From Spirogloea muscicola (Eukaryota), in assembly GCA_009602725.1 (NCBI GenBank), contig WELB01000016.1, positions 151,149-215,148 of the forward strand: DNA of 64,000 nucleotides, given 5' to 3'. The translations under genes were made by a program, and so were the position numbers. Shown here in pieces: positions 23,547-34,649 of this stretch. The first letter of the stretch is position 1. Every line of letters begins with the position of its first letter. The notes under the pieces are model-generated. The model saw only the letters and a program-made list of their open reading frames with translations, ran no database searches and was not told the origin of the DNA.

Positions 23547-24959
23547 CGGACATGGTCTGGACACACAACTGTGGTATGGTGCGTTTGAAGTAACCCAGTG
23601 ACTTGGCTGGCCTGAGGGGTCACCAGACTTGCATGCAGCTGTGGATTGCAATCGCAGGTCGTCTGGCTGCCTACTATGAGCACACATTTTGGCTCTCCTC
23701 TTCATGGCCAATGGTTAGGGCCTTCTGAGAAGCTGAAAAGTTCAATTGTAGCACCTTCAGCATGTAGGGCTTAGTGGAGCCTCGAAATCTTGTAAGTCAG
23801 ATATGCAAGTTGTAAACACATCCAGTAAGTTGGTTGTGCCTAGACAGCTTGTTGCAATGGGTTGAATGCCAAGTTGAGGAGTGCAATGACTGTCCCACCA
23901 ATCTACTCCTTGTGCTTGACAAGGAGGATGAGTTATCGGTAGTGGGGGTCTTTTTAGCCAAATTCCTGCACGAAGGAGCAGTTGCGCTCGCAGTGCGGGG
24001 GGCCTGGTCCAATGTGAGTCAGGTCTTGTATGTGGCACCGTACTGAAGCAGCATAGGAGCATTTATATCCTTGGCGGCTGTTGGAGCAGGCGCTGTGACA
24101 GGCCTCGGTGGCACGGGGCTTTTCCAAGAGCCTTCAAACTTTAGGTGCAGGTGTGGCAGGAGAATGAGATTCATGGAAGTATCTGAAATGTGAGGGGACC
24201 ATGCCTGCATCCGAGCGATGCTGGAGGATGGCTGACACCTATCTTGAGTGCGGGCTTAGCCTTTGCTAGTCTGATGTCTGGCCTGTGCCAGTCTAGTCTG
24301 TCTGCAGACGTGATGGGGGGGGTTTTGCTTTATCTAAGGGAATAGGGGAAACGTTCAAATAAGAGGACATACAGGTATTCAAATAAGAGGACACAGGTGG
24401 AAGCGACAAAGCGAAGCTTATCAAACACAGTCGAGTAGTGCAGTCTCAAGAGTCGACAGACTGGAGGCAGGTCCGAGGCAATCGTAATTCTAGTGGAGTT
24501 CGCTCCCACTCACCAGCCACATTACTTACTTCGACCAGCCTCCTCCGGAATTGGCGAGGTGGGGCGCACGAGCCGCGCTGCGATGCTTCAGGCGATGCGG
24601 GCGTTGTCAGCACTGGCGCCTCTGCACCAAAGAAGTGGGGAGCCTCACCACAGTGAATAATATAAGCCATCAGATGTTCTTGCCTGGAAGAATGTAGCTC
24701 TCTCAAAGAAGGTAGGAGCTGGGAAAGGCCAGCCCATAAGAAGTAAACAAGGTCTGGAGAGTTGACAGGCGCCTAGACCACACAGCTATGCACGAGACTA
24801 CCGCAGATGGGAGCTTTACAAACACGAGTTAGCAGAAGCAAGTCAGAGTAACTCGCAGCTGGGAAAGAGGCACCCCGACGAGACCCAGAAGCAGCAGACA
24901 TAGCGCAGCCTGCCCGCAAGTGGACTGCTCTAGCCAGGGAGCGGTGGAAGGGGACAGAC

Positions 24960-25590
24960 AGCCGCATGCGGTAGACCTGGGCAAGCGACCCGGGAGCGCT
25001 GAAGCCGGGCAGCTCCCCTTGCTGACCAGGCCGACGATCGATAGCCTGCCCGGGCAAGCCGCTTGCCGTTGTACTTGGCCACTTTGGCTTTCCGTTATGG
25101 CCTGCAGTTGTGTCAACACCCGCAGGGTTTCCTCCCCGGATCACGAGCCCCCCCCGCCGGCGGCGACTAAAGAGATAGCACCACGGCCGCGGGTCGACTG
25201 CTCAGGCCTACGCCGAGGATTTCTTTACCGTAAGCCTCCCCCGTACTCCCTCGTAGGCCGGCGGCGGCCACTTCGGCTGGGCAGCCCTCGCCCTTGTGTG
25301 CCTGGCAGCTGCAAGAGTGGCGGGCTGGTGCAGAAGCTGCCTCACAAGCTCAAGCATGCGTTTCCTCTCACACCCCCATCTCTTGTGCATTTTCTCTGTG
25401 CACGCAGGCTGTGCTCAGGAACGCTTGGCACAGTGTGTTCAACGCGGCCGGGCCCGAGCATGAGCGGCGGCGAGGGCTTCTGCTCCTCCAACTCCGATTC
25501 ACCTGCACGCTCAGCGCGCCACACTACCAATCAGCCACCTTCAAGTAGGCGAGGCTTGCGGGGCCGCCTTTGCTGCCCGCCGCCACCAAC
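24960..25590 (+). pseudogene. TIM13 pseudogene (unprocessed, decayed duplicate)
   Basis: gctcaggcctacgccgaggatttctttacc|gtaag (AQAYAEDFFT). The intron 3' part and acgcggccgggcccgagcatgagcggcggcgagggc match TIM13 at 40735-41150, and 3' UTR pieces also match. The frame is disrupted. Confidence 0.8.
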
Positions 25591-27359
25591 CTCGCGGTGC
25601 TTTCGGTGAGCTGGCAGTGGGGGAGTTACCTGTGCTGGAGTGAAGGAGCCCGGCAGGCGAACTCAATTGCGTGGAGGGAGGGCGCCCTTGTCCTCCTCGC
25701 CCTTGTCCTTCAACCGCATGGCGCACATGCTATCGCACCACCATAAATACCGTCGGCGGCCTTGGCTGCCAACGAGTCATCATTGAATATCTCTCTGTTC
25801 TGCCAGTGGTCAGCTGCAATAGTCTCCTGTAAGAGGTCCGAAGTAAAGCGCAGCAGCAACGCCTGCTGGACGATCTCAGAAGATATTGGGCACCAAAGAC
25901 GGTGGCGCTTCCTTGCAGCTGACCGCGGCAGCTCCTCCGATGGAGTCTCCCTGCCACCTGTCAACAGCACCTCGTCCTCCGCCACGCCTTTGTTGTGAGG
26001 CATTAGCAAGCCTCGAGAGATCGTGAGCAATTATGGGCCGATACCACTAAAAGGCCGAGGGTCAAGATCAGGTCAGGGCTTTGCTTCGAATAATGGAGCA
26101 GAGTCAGTGCAAGTATTGGCGCTGTGCTCAGCAACTGAAGCCATCAGATTGAAAGCTGGGGGCGTTGAAGGAGTTGCTGTGCCTTCAGCTCCACTGACGT
26201 ATGTCACAGTAAGAGGGCAGATGCGTCGACACCTGCACTGGCTGGAGAACTGGCTCAGCTGGAGAACGTGGAGACAACGATGAGGCCGCCCATGCGCCTG
26301 GTCGCCACGAGGAGCGCCACTCATTGCGGCTGTCATAGAGTCAGGGTGAGCGCCTGCAGTATTATTAGATTAAATGGCTGGGATGCTGCCCTAGGACTTC
26401 ACCTTTAACAGGCTGCCAAGCTTGCAGTCGATTGCCAGAAGCCTTGCTCATCTCAGTCTTTTAGATTGGATCTCATGCCTTTGGCCAGGGCTCAACACTC
26501 AGTATTAGAAGATCTGGGTCAAACAATCAAGATTTGAGCGCCAACTGCAAAAGAGGCTGCAGGCCATCGCAGACAATGTGCAAAAGCACGGCGAAATGCT
26601 CATAGTGGACAATATTATCAATTGCTGGTGCTGTCAAAGTAGGTGCAATCTGGAGCAGGTAAGTTTTGAAAGCCTGCGCGCTTCCACTGACGAATCAGGG
26701 TTGAGCAGATTCTCAGAAGGCGAACTGGTCAAAACGAGAGACTTGGCTCAACAGACTGGCTCATGCCTACCCCTTCAGGCTTGGTCAGGTGAAGAGGTAC
26801 ATATTGTTGGAGGTTGGGGCTGCCTGGCCCGTTTGGTCCCCTCAGCCACAGTAGCCAGGGTGGCCTGAGACCGTCACTCTTTCCACAACCTACCACTACC
26901 TCGCGGGTACCCCGTCACTGTCGTTGTGGCACATGTCGGGTCGCCATATGATAGCCCATTTGCAGCAGCACATCCCCTCAGTGATGCGTGCCCCTCGGGC
27001 TCCCTTGACTGTTGCTTGTGCTCGCTTGAGCTGCACAGGTGGCAGGAGTCGTTCAAGCACTGATGCCAATGTGGGAGCAAATGGGACATACCTGACCTTC
27101 GTTGGGTCGGAGGTGTTGAATGTAATCATCTGGTGGTTTAGCGGGTCGGATTTGGTGACCATCTAACTCGGCCTTTTGGGCCGTGGGAGCCTCCCTGTGG
27201 AAGGGAGGCCCCGGCACATTGGTCTTACCTGGAGCGGTCGCGCTGCTCTGTGCGCCCTAGCTATGGCTGCCACCCACCAAGGGTGCGGCTCTGTGTACGG
27301 CCAGGCGGAGCCTGTGCTGCCGTGACATTGTGGCTGCTTTCAGTGTGAGGTCTGAATCT

Positions 27360-28080
27360 GTGTGAAAATAAGAGAGTGCGGCTACTAATATGAAAAGAGC
27401 GATGTGAAAGCCAGCCAGATGCATGCAGAGTGTTCATGACGGAGCCACAGGCTAGGCAGACAGGGCTCTCTTAGTACCCCCGTGTCAGCAGTAAGAAGGC
27501 AGATGAGCTGAGGGGAGGAAGAGCAACCCCGCTGCGCAAGCCTGCTGCAAGGGCGCGACCGGCGCGGCGGTGCAAAGCAAGCGCTTGGGAGCGCTGAAGG
27601 CGCATAGATAAGCGCATGCGGTAGCAGGACACAAGACTCAAAAGGCACCGAGCCTCCAGGAAGTGCTGCACCCTGTTCCCGGCGCCGCTCGTCAGCTTGA
27701 GATGCCAGCAGCGAAAGTAACGAGGACCACCGACCCCCGTACCACACGTGGATGTCCATGGCCAGGGGAAAGCGGAGCCTCAGCTGTCTGTGTGAAAGTG
27801 TGACTGATCTCTGTGTGAGGTCGGATGTGTGCCGTCATGAGGGGATCTGCGTCTGAAACGCCGAGATTAGGGCGGTCTGCTGGTCCTTTGGAGCAAATGA
27901 AGTGTCCAGTGGAGGATCTGAGTGGAGGAGACAAGCAGCGGAGGCTGCTGAATGTGACCGACAGGAGCAACATCAAGAGCAGCCAGAGCAGGAAGATTCT
28001 CAAGTGGTACCTTGCTCGCTGAGCCCCTCGACACTGAACTGGTGTATGACGCGCCTCACATGATATATGTGCAGCCACCT
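27360..28080 (-). mobile_element. Decayed CRE-like non-LTR retrotransposon with 3' UTR
   Basis: RPNLGVSDADP, MDIHVWYGGRWSSLL and LVSCYRMRLSMRLQRSQALALHRRA...LLTRGY* (stop at 27471), followed by a 3' UTR matching 6790-6895 and 40885-40990. Confidence 0.72.
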
Positions 28081-28399
28081 CAGCAACCCTGTAAGATGGG
28101 AACAGCCGAGCCTACGGCAAGGTGTTGGGACGCCTCTTGTGACTCCAGTGTCAGAGATTGTGCTCCCTTGCTGCTTGGGGGCTGCCTCATGCATGGGGCT
28201 AATGTATGTTTATCACAGCCTTCTTGTTCACGGGAAATGCAATCACGAAGGGTAGGAGGTGAGTGACATCTCCTACAAATGTCAGTGCTGGGGCCCCAAT
28301 AGATAGTCAATCTTTGAGCAATGATGAATGACCATCGATCATCTTTGGCACAGCACAACTGCATCATCCGTTCGGGCGGACTCACAACCATGCATGCGT

Positions 28400-28700
28400 G
28401 AGGGCTGTCCCATGCACACGCACCAAGGCAACTCGTTCCGGCAGCCTGGAGGGCTAGCCGGCATAGCCTGCAGGTTTTCAGGTGGGGTACAGCCCAAGCC
28501 AAGTTGGCCTAGCTATGGCTCTGTGCCTGGGGGGTCGAGGACTTCTTCACGAACTAAGCATTATGACGCCTCAGCATGTGTGGTTCCTACTTTGGAATGC
28601 CTCGCGCCATCGGGGTGTTGGTGGACGGTGCACCCTCACCCTGGTCTGTGCCTTTGCACATTTCCAAGTACTGGAAGTCCTATAGTGCTTGGCACTATGA
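28400..28700 (+). mobile_element. Possible further RLE retrotransposon relic
   Basis: SVPGGSRTSSRTKHYDASACVVPTLECLAPSG weakly parallels VPGWA...K..HY...F.P.A...G. Confidence 0.3.
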
Positions 28701-29849
28701 TGAGATGGAATATGTGGCTATCTACCACCCTCACTGACCTAAAGGCCTGTGTGGCCCTGGTCAATAGCACTTTGATGTCATCTCCTTCTATTGGCTTTTC
28801 GCAGCTGTTGAAGTTGTTATCACAGCTTCGGGCTGAGTGGCCTTGCTTAGACAGATTCGGCAGATGCTGTCAGATTTACTTAGTGCTTGGGTTGCTTTTG
28901 TAGGTGTGGAATCAACCTTCTTTCCTATGCGCTTCTTAGGACTTGCTGATATGACACATTGTAATCCTAATTGTCCAGATGCATGTGCTGGACGGAGTGC
29001 CCTTCGTAGTTTTGGTTCTTATGTATCTGTACTAGGCATCTTAGTACTCGTTTGAATGATATACCTAACTGTAGTCGATGATGACAGATGTGTTGTTATT
29101 TTCACTTCGAGGTGCTCAGCTTTGTTTTGACCAATGCACCTGCCACGTGTCAGACCACTGTGTGACTCTGTTCTGGTCTTACTTAAATAGACATGTTGGT
29201 GTTGAGTACATTAGCCTACTGCATCTGCATAGTGCTGCATATGCAATGCAAGCATCATTAGTATGCCAAGTGGGTGGGTAACGCAGTAGGATAACTTATA
29301 TTCAGTGCATGTTATGGCGAAGACGGGGTTTGCGTCAATCCAGAAGTAGTAGTAAATTAGTGCTAAGATAAAGGGACTGGCTACTGCAGAATGTCTCACA
29401 GCTGCACCTCTTTTGAGATTCTCACAGTATGTCAGTCACGTCCTGCAATATGTTGGAAGTATGCTTCTTCTCTTACGAAGTTCATTCTTATAAACGTAAC
29501 TTGGGGGTAGAACATCCAACGAGGAAAATAATCGCCAGTTTGGCTTTGCCTCGAGAAGGCGTATTGTATTGACGCCTCTTTGATCGGCATACGAGCCATT
29601 CTCTAGCAAGAGGGCTGCCCCATGGCATGCCAGGGCCGCCTGCTCAGTCTTGCAGAGCAAATGTATGCTACAGGGGGGCAAGGAGCTCCTTGTTGTTGTG
29701 CACGCCCTACGCTCGACTTAATGCTCCTTCGAGGCTAAATGTACGGTTCTAACACAAAATTGCTTGATGACATTACTTTCTTTCACACATAGAAGCAGGA
29801 AACCAGGCGTCAAGCTTGGCGGCTTGAATGCATGGCAATTATCCACCTC

Positions 29850-30570
29850 AGTAGGTGTATCGCCCTGGAAAAACCATCTCTGCGGATCTGGTGAGCTGCA
29901 ACTGTGTATGGGCTGCTATGGCGGCTGCCTTGCTGCCCCTCGGAGCCGCGGGCCTTGCCTCTTCACTGATGTCGTACTCCAGACGTTTTCGAGGGGGGGC
30001 ACCAACGTCAACTGTGCCTGGCTGGGCAACGACCCACGGAGCACAAAGAGAGAAGGCGCACAAAGAGGAGAGACACTACAAGGACCACCAATTAGACCAC
30101 TTCTATCCGCATGCTGTGGGTATCTACAGTGGCTATGGTAGTATGTGGTCCTTTCTCCTCCAGTTCTCGCCCACCAGCTGGTCGACATGCGCCGTTGTCT
30201 GGTGCGCAGCTTTGGGCAGACTAGCAGGCTTTTCTGTCGAGTTACACTAATGCGGCTCTCGCTCTTATGCAGCGCTCCCAAGCTTTGATGATCCGCTGGG
30301 GACTACTGGGGGCGCGCACTTAGCCAGCCCACTGGCTCTGTGGTGGTGCGCTGGCTTCCCAAGTTAGGCTGTCGGATTAATATGTGCTCACTCGTGGTTA
30401 CAAAAGCCCCCTTCAGTTGTATTCACGCTCTCCTAGCCCCTCTTAGTGGGATAATTGTTGTGGTAGCCCCATTTTCTGCACTACTGCTTCGCCTAAGAAG
30501 TGTACTGGCTCGATTGGGTCTCCTTTTTTTCTTTTTTATTCATGTGCACTATGTGCCTCCTCTCTCGGGC
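29850..30570 (+). mobile_element. Decayed CRE-like non-LTR retrotransposon with 3' UTR
   Basis: LFTDVV...VPGWATTHG...KEERHYKDHQLDHFYPHAVGIYSGYG, MQRSQALMI and VLTRGY, then gtagccccattttctgcact...attcatgtgcac...cctcctctct, a 3' UTR shared with 14990-15025, 36440-36530, 50855-50940 and 52330-52460. Confidence 0.72.
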
Positions 30571-32515
30571 CACTCTTCCACTCTTGCCGAGTGTGCCTTT
30601 GCCGCATCGTCGACGGGCGTCCTCGCTCCTACTGCGGCACGCCAAGGAAGCGCAAGCACAGAGGGCAGCAGCGCAGCTATAGGGAACCATACCTCGAGAG
30701 GTCCAGCAACCGGTCGCGCCAAAGCCGATCACACGAGGTAAGCCAGGCAACACAGTGATCGGCACTCGGAGAATATGATTGTCGTGTTCAAGCCATTTCC
30801 CTTTATCTTACTTTCTTGCGCCGTCGAGCGACGGCCTGTTTGCAGCGTGCTCAGGCTAATGCTTTGCACCAGAAAGCTGGGCGAGCTCTATTTGGTGGCA
30901 GAAGGGTGTGGATGTGCCGTCTGGTATTCAGGCATCAATCAGCGACCTTCATGTGTTGACCCGTTACTGAGCGGGTCATTTGGGAGTCGGTGATGTACAT
31001 CATCAAAGTGTGCTTGCGTTTGTACTTGACCATTTGGGCCTTCGATTATTTCAGATGCAAGAAACTTTCCTTCAAGCTACTTAGGTAGCTAGGCCTTGCC
31101 CCATCCGAGCCACGTAGATAGTTGGGCCTTGCCCGCACAGTAACATAATTCTTTGGCATCCGCCCTTGCTTACTGGTCATTGGGCCTTGCCTTCAGTCAA
31201 GCTATCATAAATTGGTTCGTGAGACTCTTCAATAAGGACCTTGCGGACATTCATGCTCGTGCCAGGTTCCGTTGCATTGATGCTGTGCATCTTTTTGCTG
31301 CCTCACCTTTCATTGGTGTGGCTGACTCACCTGGGCTTGGCGATCGGCTCGCTCTCCTCAAAAACAAAGTGGGAGTTGCACAACGTGAGACCCTGCTTCT
31401 GGCTGGGATGTGCACTTGCTGGCGGCATATTTGTCGTTCTTGCGCTGTCGTGTGTCAGCCTGTCTGCAGCTGGCTTAGGTTCATGCTTTGCACCAGAAAG
31501 CTGGACGGGGGAAAGACAAGCATGGATGCAGATTGATTTATCCTGTCTGAGTTGGCGCGCCCAGATGGAGGCCAGAATAGACAAATTGTTGTTTAAGGAT
31601 TTAGGACATGTGCGTGACGCAGTTAGTTGCTTTGTCGCTTAGGGAATTTTGATTCAATGGTCCACAGTCATATAATTGTATCATATAATTAAGTCTGAGG
31701 TATTATGGAAGACACTATACATCAGACCTTGTCTGACATTTCTGATTCTCCCGTGTATATGTTCAATAACTTGCTGCTTCAGTAAGTTGCTGCACTTATC
31801 AACAGTATTCTTACCCTTTCAAGATAGTAAGTTGAGGTTATTGATATTCGTGTTGCAAATGTCTCAGTAGAACAAGTACTAAACTATACTTCAAGTATCA
31901 TGAACAGGTCATTTCCAAGGAGTAGCTTGTTTGACGTAAGGCAGTGGCTGTGGAAGGCCAGCCCAAAGGATTGAACGTCGAGAAGGGCCGGAAGGTGCAA
32001 CTACTTTTCGCCACTTCTAACAGTGAAAGCTCCGTTTCAAATATCAAGTGCAGATTGGAATGCCCAAGATGGCGAAAACTTTTCGTCCTGTCAGGCCAAG
32101 GCGGAATCCGGAAGCAGCAGCCAAGGTGAGGTCTAACTGTGAGTGCACGGCAAAAGCCCTGAACAGCTGTTGGAAGATAAAGAGTATATCTTGTACACAC
32201 GAGTAAGCGGCCTGACGGTATTGAAGTCGGAAAATTATTGGAAGTAAAGTGTCACATTTGCACATTTCATGCAAGAATAATTCTTTTGCAAGTGTGGAAG
32301 TCAACTGATAGTCGATGTTTACACATCAGATTTGAAGACTGCAGAAGGTTGCTTCTCGTGACTTAAATCTTTTGCTACAGCAGCAAGCGCGGCCAGATTA
32401 ACTGGTGGCTGGGAGAGGCCAGCCCAAAGGAATGGACAATACAATACAATTTGCTACAATAATTGCAGTTGAAAGGTCCAATTTGTTTGTTTTGAACTTC
32501 ATACCAAGTCAATAC

Positions 32516-33858
32516 TCATCTGAACGTAACTTGTATTTTTTTGAAAGAAAACTTTTTTGATTTGGTCTTAGAATATTGATCAAGATTGGCTAGGCGGAGG
32601 GGGGCGAGAAGGCTTTTGGCCGGAGGTGGAAATAATGAATCTGAGAAAAGCCTTGGTGGTGGTTGTAGTGAGAATGCTGGCTCCGTAGCTATGGCGGGCC
32701 CAGATGTACACGAAGGATACCATGGGGCAGACACCGGAGCCGGGTTGGTAGATAATGTTGACATTAGACCAGGTATTGGTGGCAGCCGGCACTTGCACAG
32801 GGACACCACCAGTCACAGAGCAGGAGTCACCCCTGTAGAGCTGACCAAGCTTGTTGTTGGTGGCGGCGATGCGCAAATTGCCGTTTACGAAGCTTACAGC
32901 AACCGGGGTACCCAGATAGGCGATGGAGCCTGGATGCGAGTAGACATATAAAGCAGCAGTTGTCGAGCTGCTGGCGGTGACCAGTTGGGCGGAGCCCCAA
33001 TCGACGGTCTCATCGACCTTGCTTGTATGCCAGGGGCGGAAACCACCGGCAGTGCACAGGTTCAGGTAGGAAGAGAACACAAAGGAGGTGCCGGAAGCTC
33101 CCGAGCGCACAACACCAACGGTGATGGCACCACCACCAATTGAGTTAGAGAATGCAGAGTGAAAGTCGGCCAAGGTCTGACAACGTATTGAAAGTGCACT
33201 GGCTCCACTGTAGAGCAGTGAGTAGGATTGCAAGCCCTGGGGAAGCGTAAGTTTTTGGAAGCCTAAAAGATTCTTGATACGCGCTCATTGGGGCATCTGA
33301 TGTTGCTAGCTGATAGTTCTTGCTTTTTAAGTTGCCATAGCCGGCACCAGAGCTGCCAGGTCAAGGAGGCGGGAGTTTTTGAAAGTCAGACGCAGAGTCA
33401 GGACTGATGCAGAAGTACGAGATCTTTTGCAGAATGTAGTAAGGACAGACTCACGACTGATGCAGAAGCACGAGATCCTCTGCAGGTTCTAGTAAGGACA
33501 GATCACCAGAGAGCACAGGTATGAGGACAGAGATTGAAAGATACTGAAGCTCCAGGCAGAGTGATGCAGTGACTTGCGTAAGCTTCAGTGACTGGCGTAA
33601 GCTGCAGTGGCGTGTGAGTGGCTCGTGCCATAACTAACTATGCAGGACAGGGTGTGAGCTCAAAGAAGGGAGAGTCAATGTTCACCCGACCGAGGTGTAG
33701 CAGGCATATGTGCCGTAAGCATCAAGCACCTGGAACTCCAATGCCTGCACCGAAGTCGCGCCGCCGAGGTACGTGGCGCCAGATGGGGAGCAGGCCGCGA
33801 AGGCGGAGGCAGCGAGGGCCAGGAGCAGGGCGGCGATGGAAAGGCTAGCCATGGCCAT
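32516..33858 (-). pseudogene. PstS-like periplasmic phosphate-binding protein gene (exons 33858-33686 and 33352-32516) with two +1 homopolymer frameshifts; either a pseudogene or a sequencing error
   Basis: MAMASLSIAALLLALAASAFAAC...LGGATSV...YTSVG/SGAG...LATSDAPMS...ITVGVVRSGASGTSFVFSSYL...HPGSIAYLG...NKLGQL...PMVSFVYIW...KAFLRFIISTSGQ. PstS-type GAT, GSG, SDAP and R..xSGT motifs are present. Confidence 0.8.
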
Positions 33859-34649
33859 GGGCAGCTGGCAGCAAGCGGCGGACGGGGTGGCGGTGAGGGT
33901 TGTGGGGGCCGGGCCGGAGCTGTTGTCCAGGGATGCGTTCTCGCCATACCTTATACGAAAGACATGCGGCTGCTGATATTGAAAGAGCAGCTGGTGAATG
34001 CGGAGGGGCGTAGGGCGGAGGGGCGTTTCTTACGCGGAGGGGCGTTCCCAAGCATCGGGGCACCCCGGTCCGCCCAGGCCGCTCGCCCCGTTGACCGCGG
34101 GGGCCGTGAGGCGGCCAGGTGTGCCGCGGCGCCACGGCCCCCACCGCCGCTCCTCCGCGACGTACCGCCACCACGCCGCTCCTCGCGGCATCTTGCGATC
34201 GGCATCTTGCCATCAAATGATCCGCCGCCGCCGCCGCCGCCCACGTCGCTTGAAGCCCTCGGCGCTCGGGCGTCCAGCTAACGCTCTGTGCGCGGGGGCC
34301 CCACCTCCGGTCGCGCCCCGCCCGGCGCGAACGCTTCTCTGCAGCTAGCTCCCCCATGCTCAACCTCCTCCGTGTGGGTAGCGGCGGCCACTTCCAGGCC
34401 TTCCCCCGAGTGGAGACGCTTTGCTGCGGTTGCGATCCCAGCTGTCGCATCCTGCGTGACTCGTTGGTTAGCCCTGCAGCTCCGCGCACGACTGCCAGGT
34501 GCTGCTTGAGGATAAAGCATTGGGCAGGCCGTGCACTTCCCGTGCCCGCCCGAGACAGATGACCTCATCGTGGACAAGGTCGTGCTGACGATGATTGACG
34601 GTGCATCCTTCCTCAGATAGTGACCGTCCATAAAAAAGGTCTTCTGATG

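Noticed and set aside
26880..27300. Another RLE fragment (KRAQA..., RPDM)
   Set aside because: Motif order is inconsistent with the other copies and the similarity is too weak to call.
14200..30570. Fanzor/TnpB or HUH (Replitron/Helitron) elements
   Set aside because: No RuvC or HUH motifs were recognised, and the coding relics fit RLE non-LTR C-termini better.
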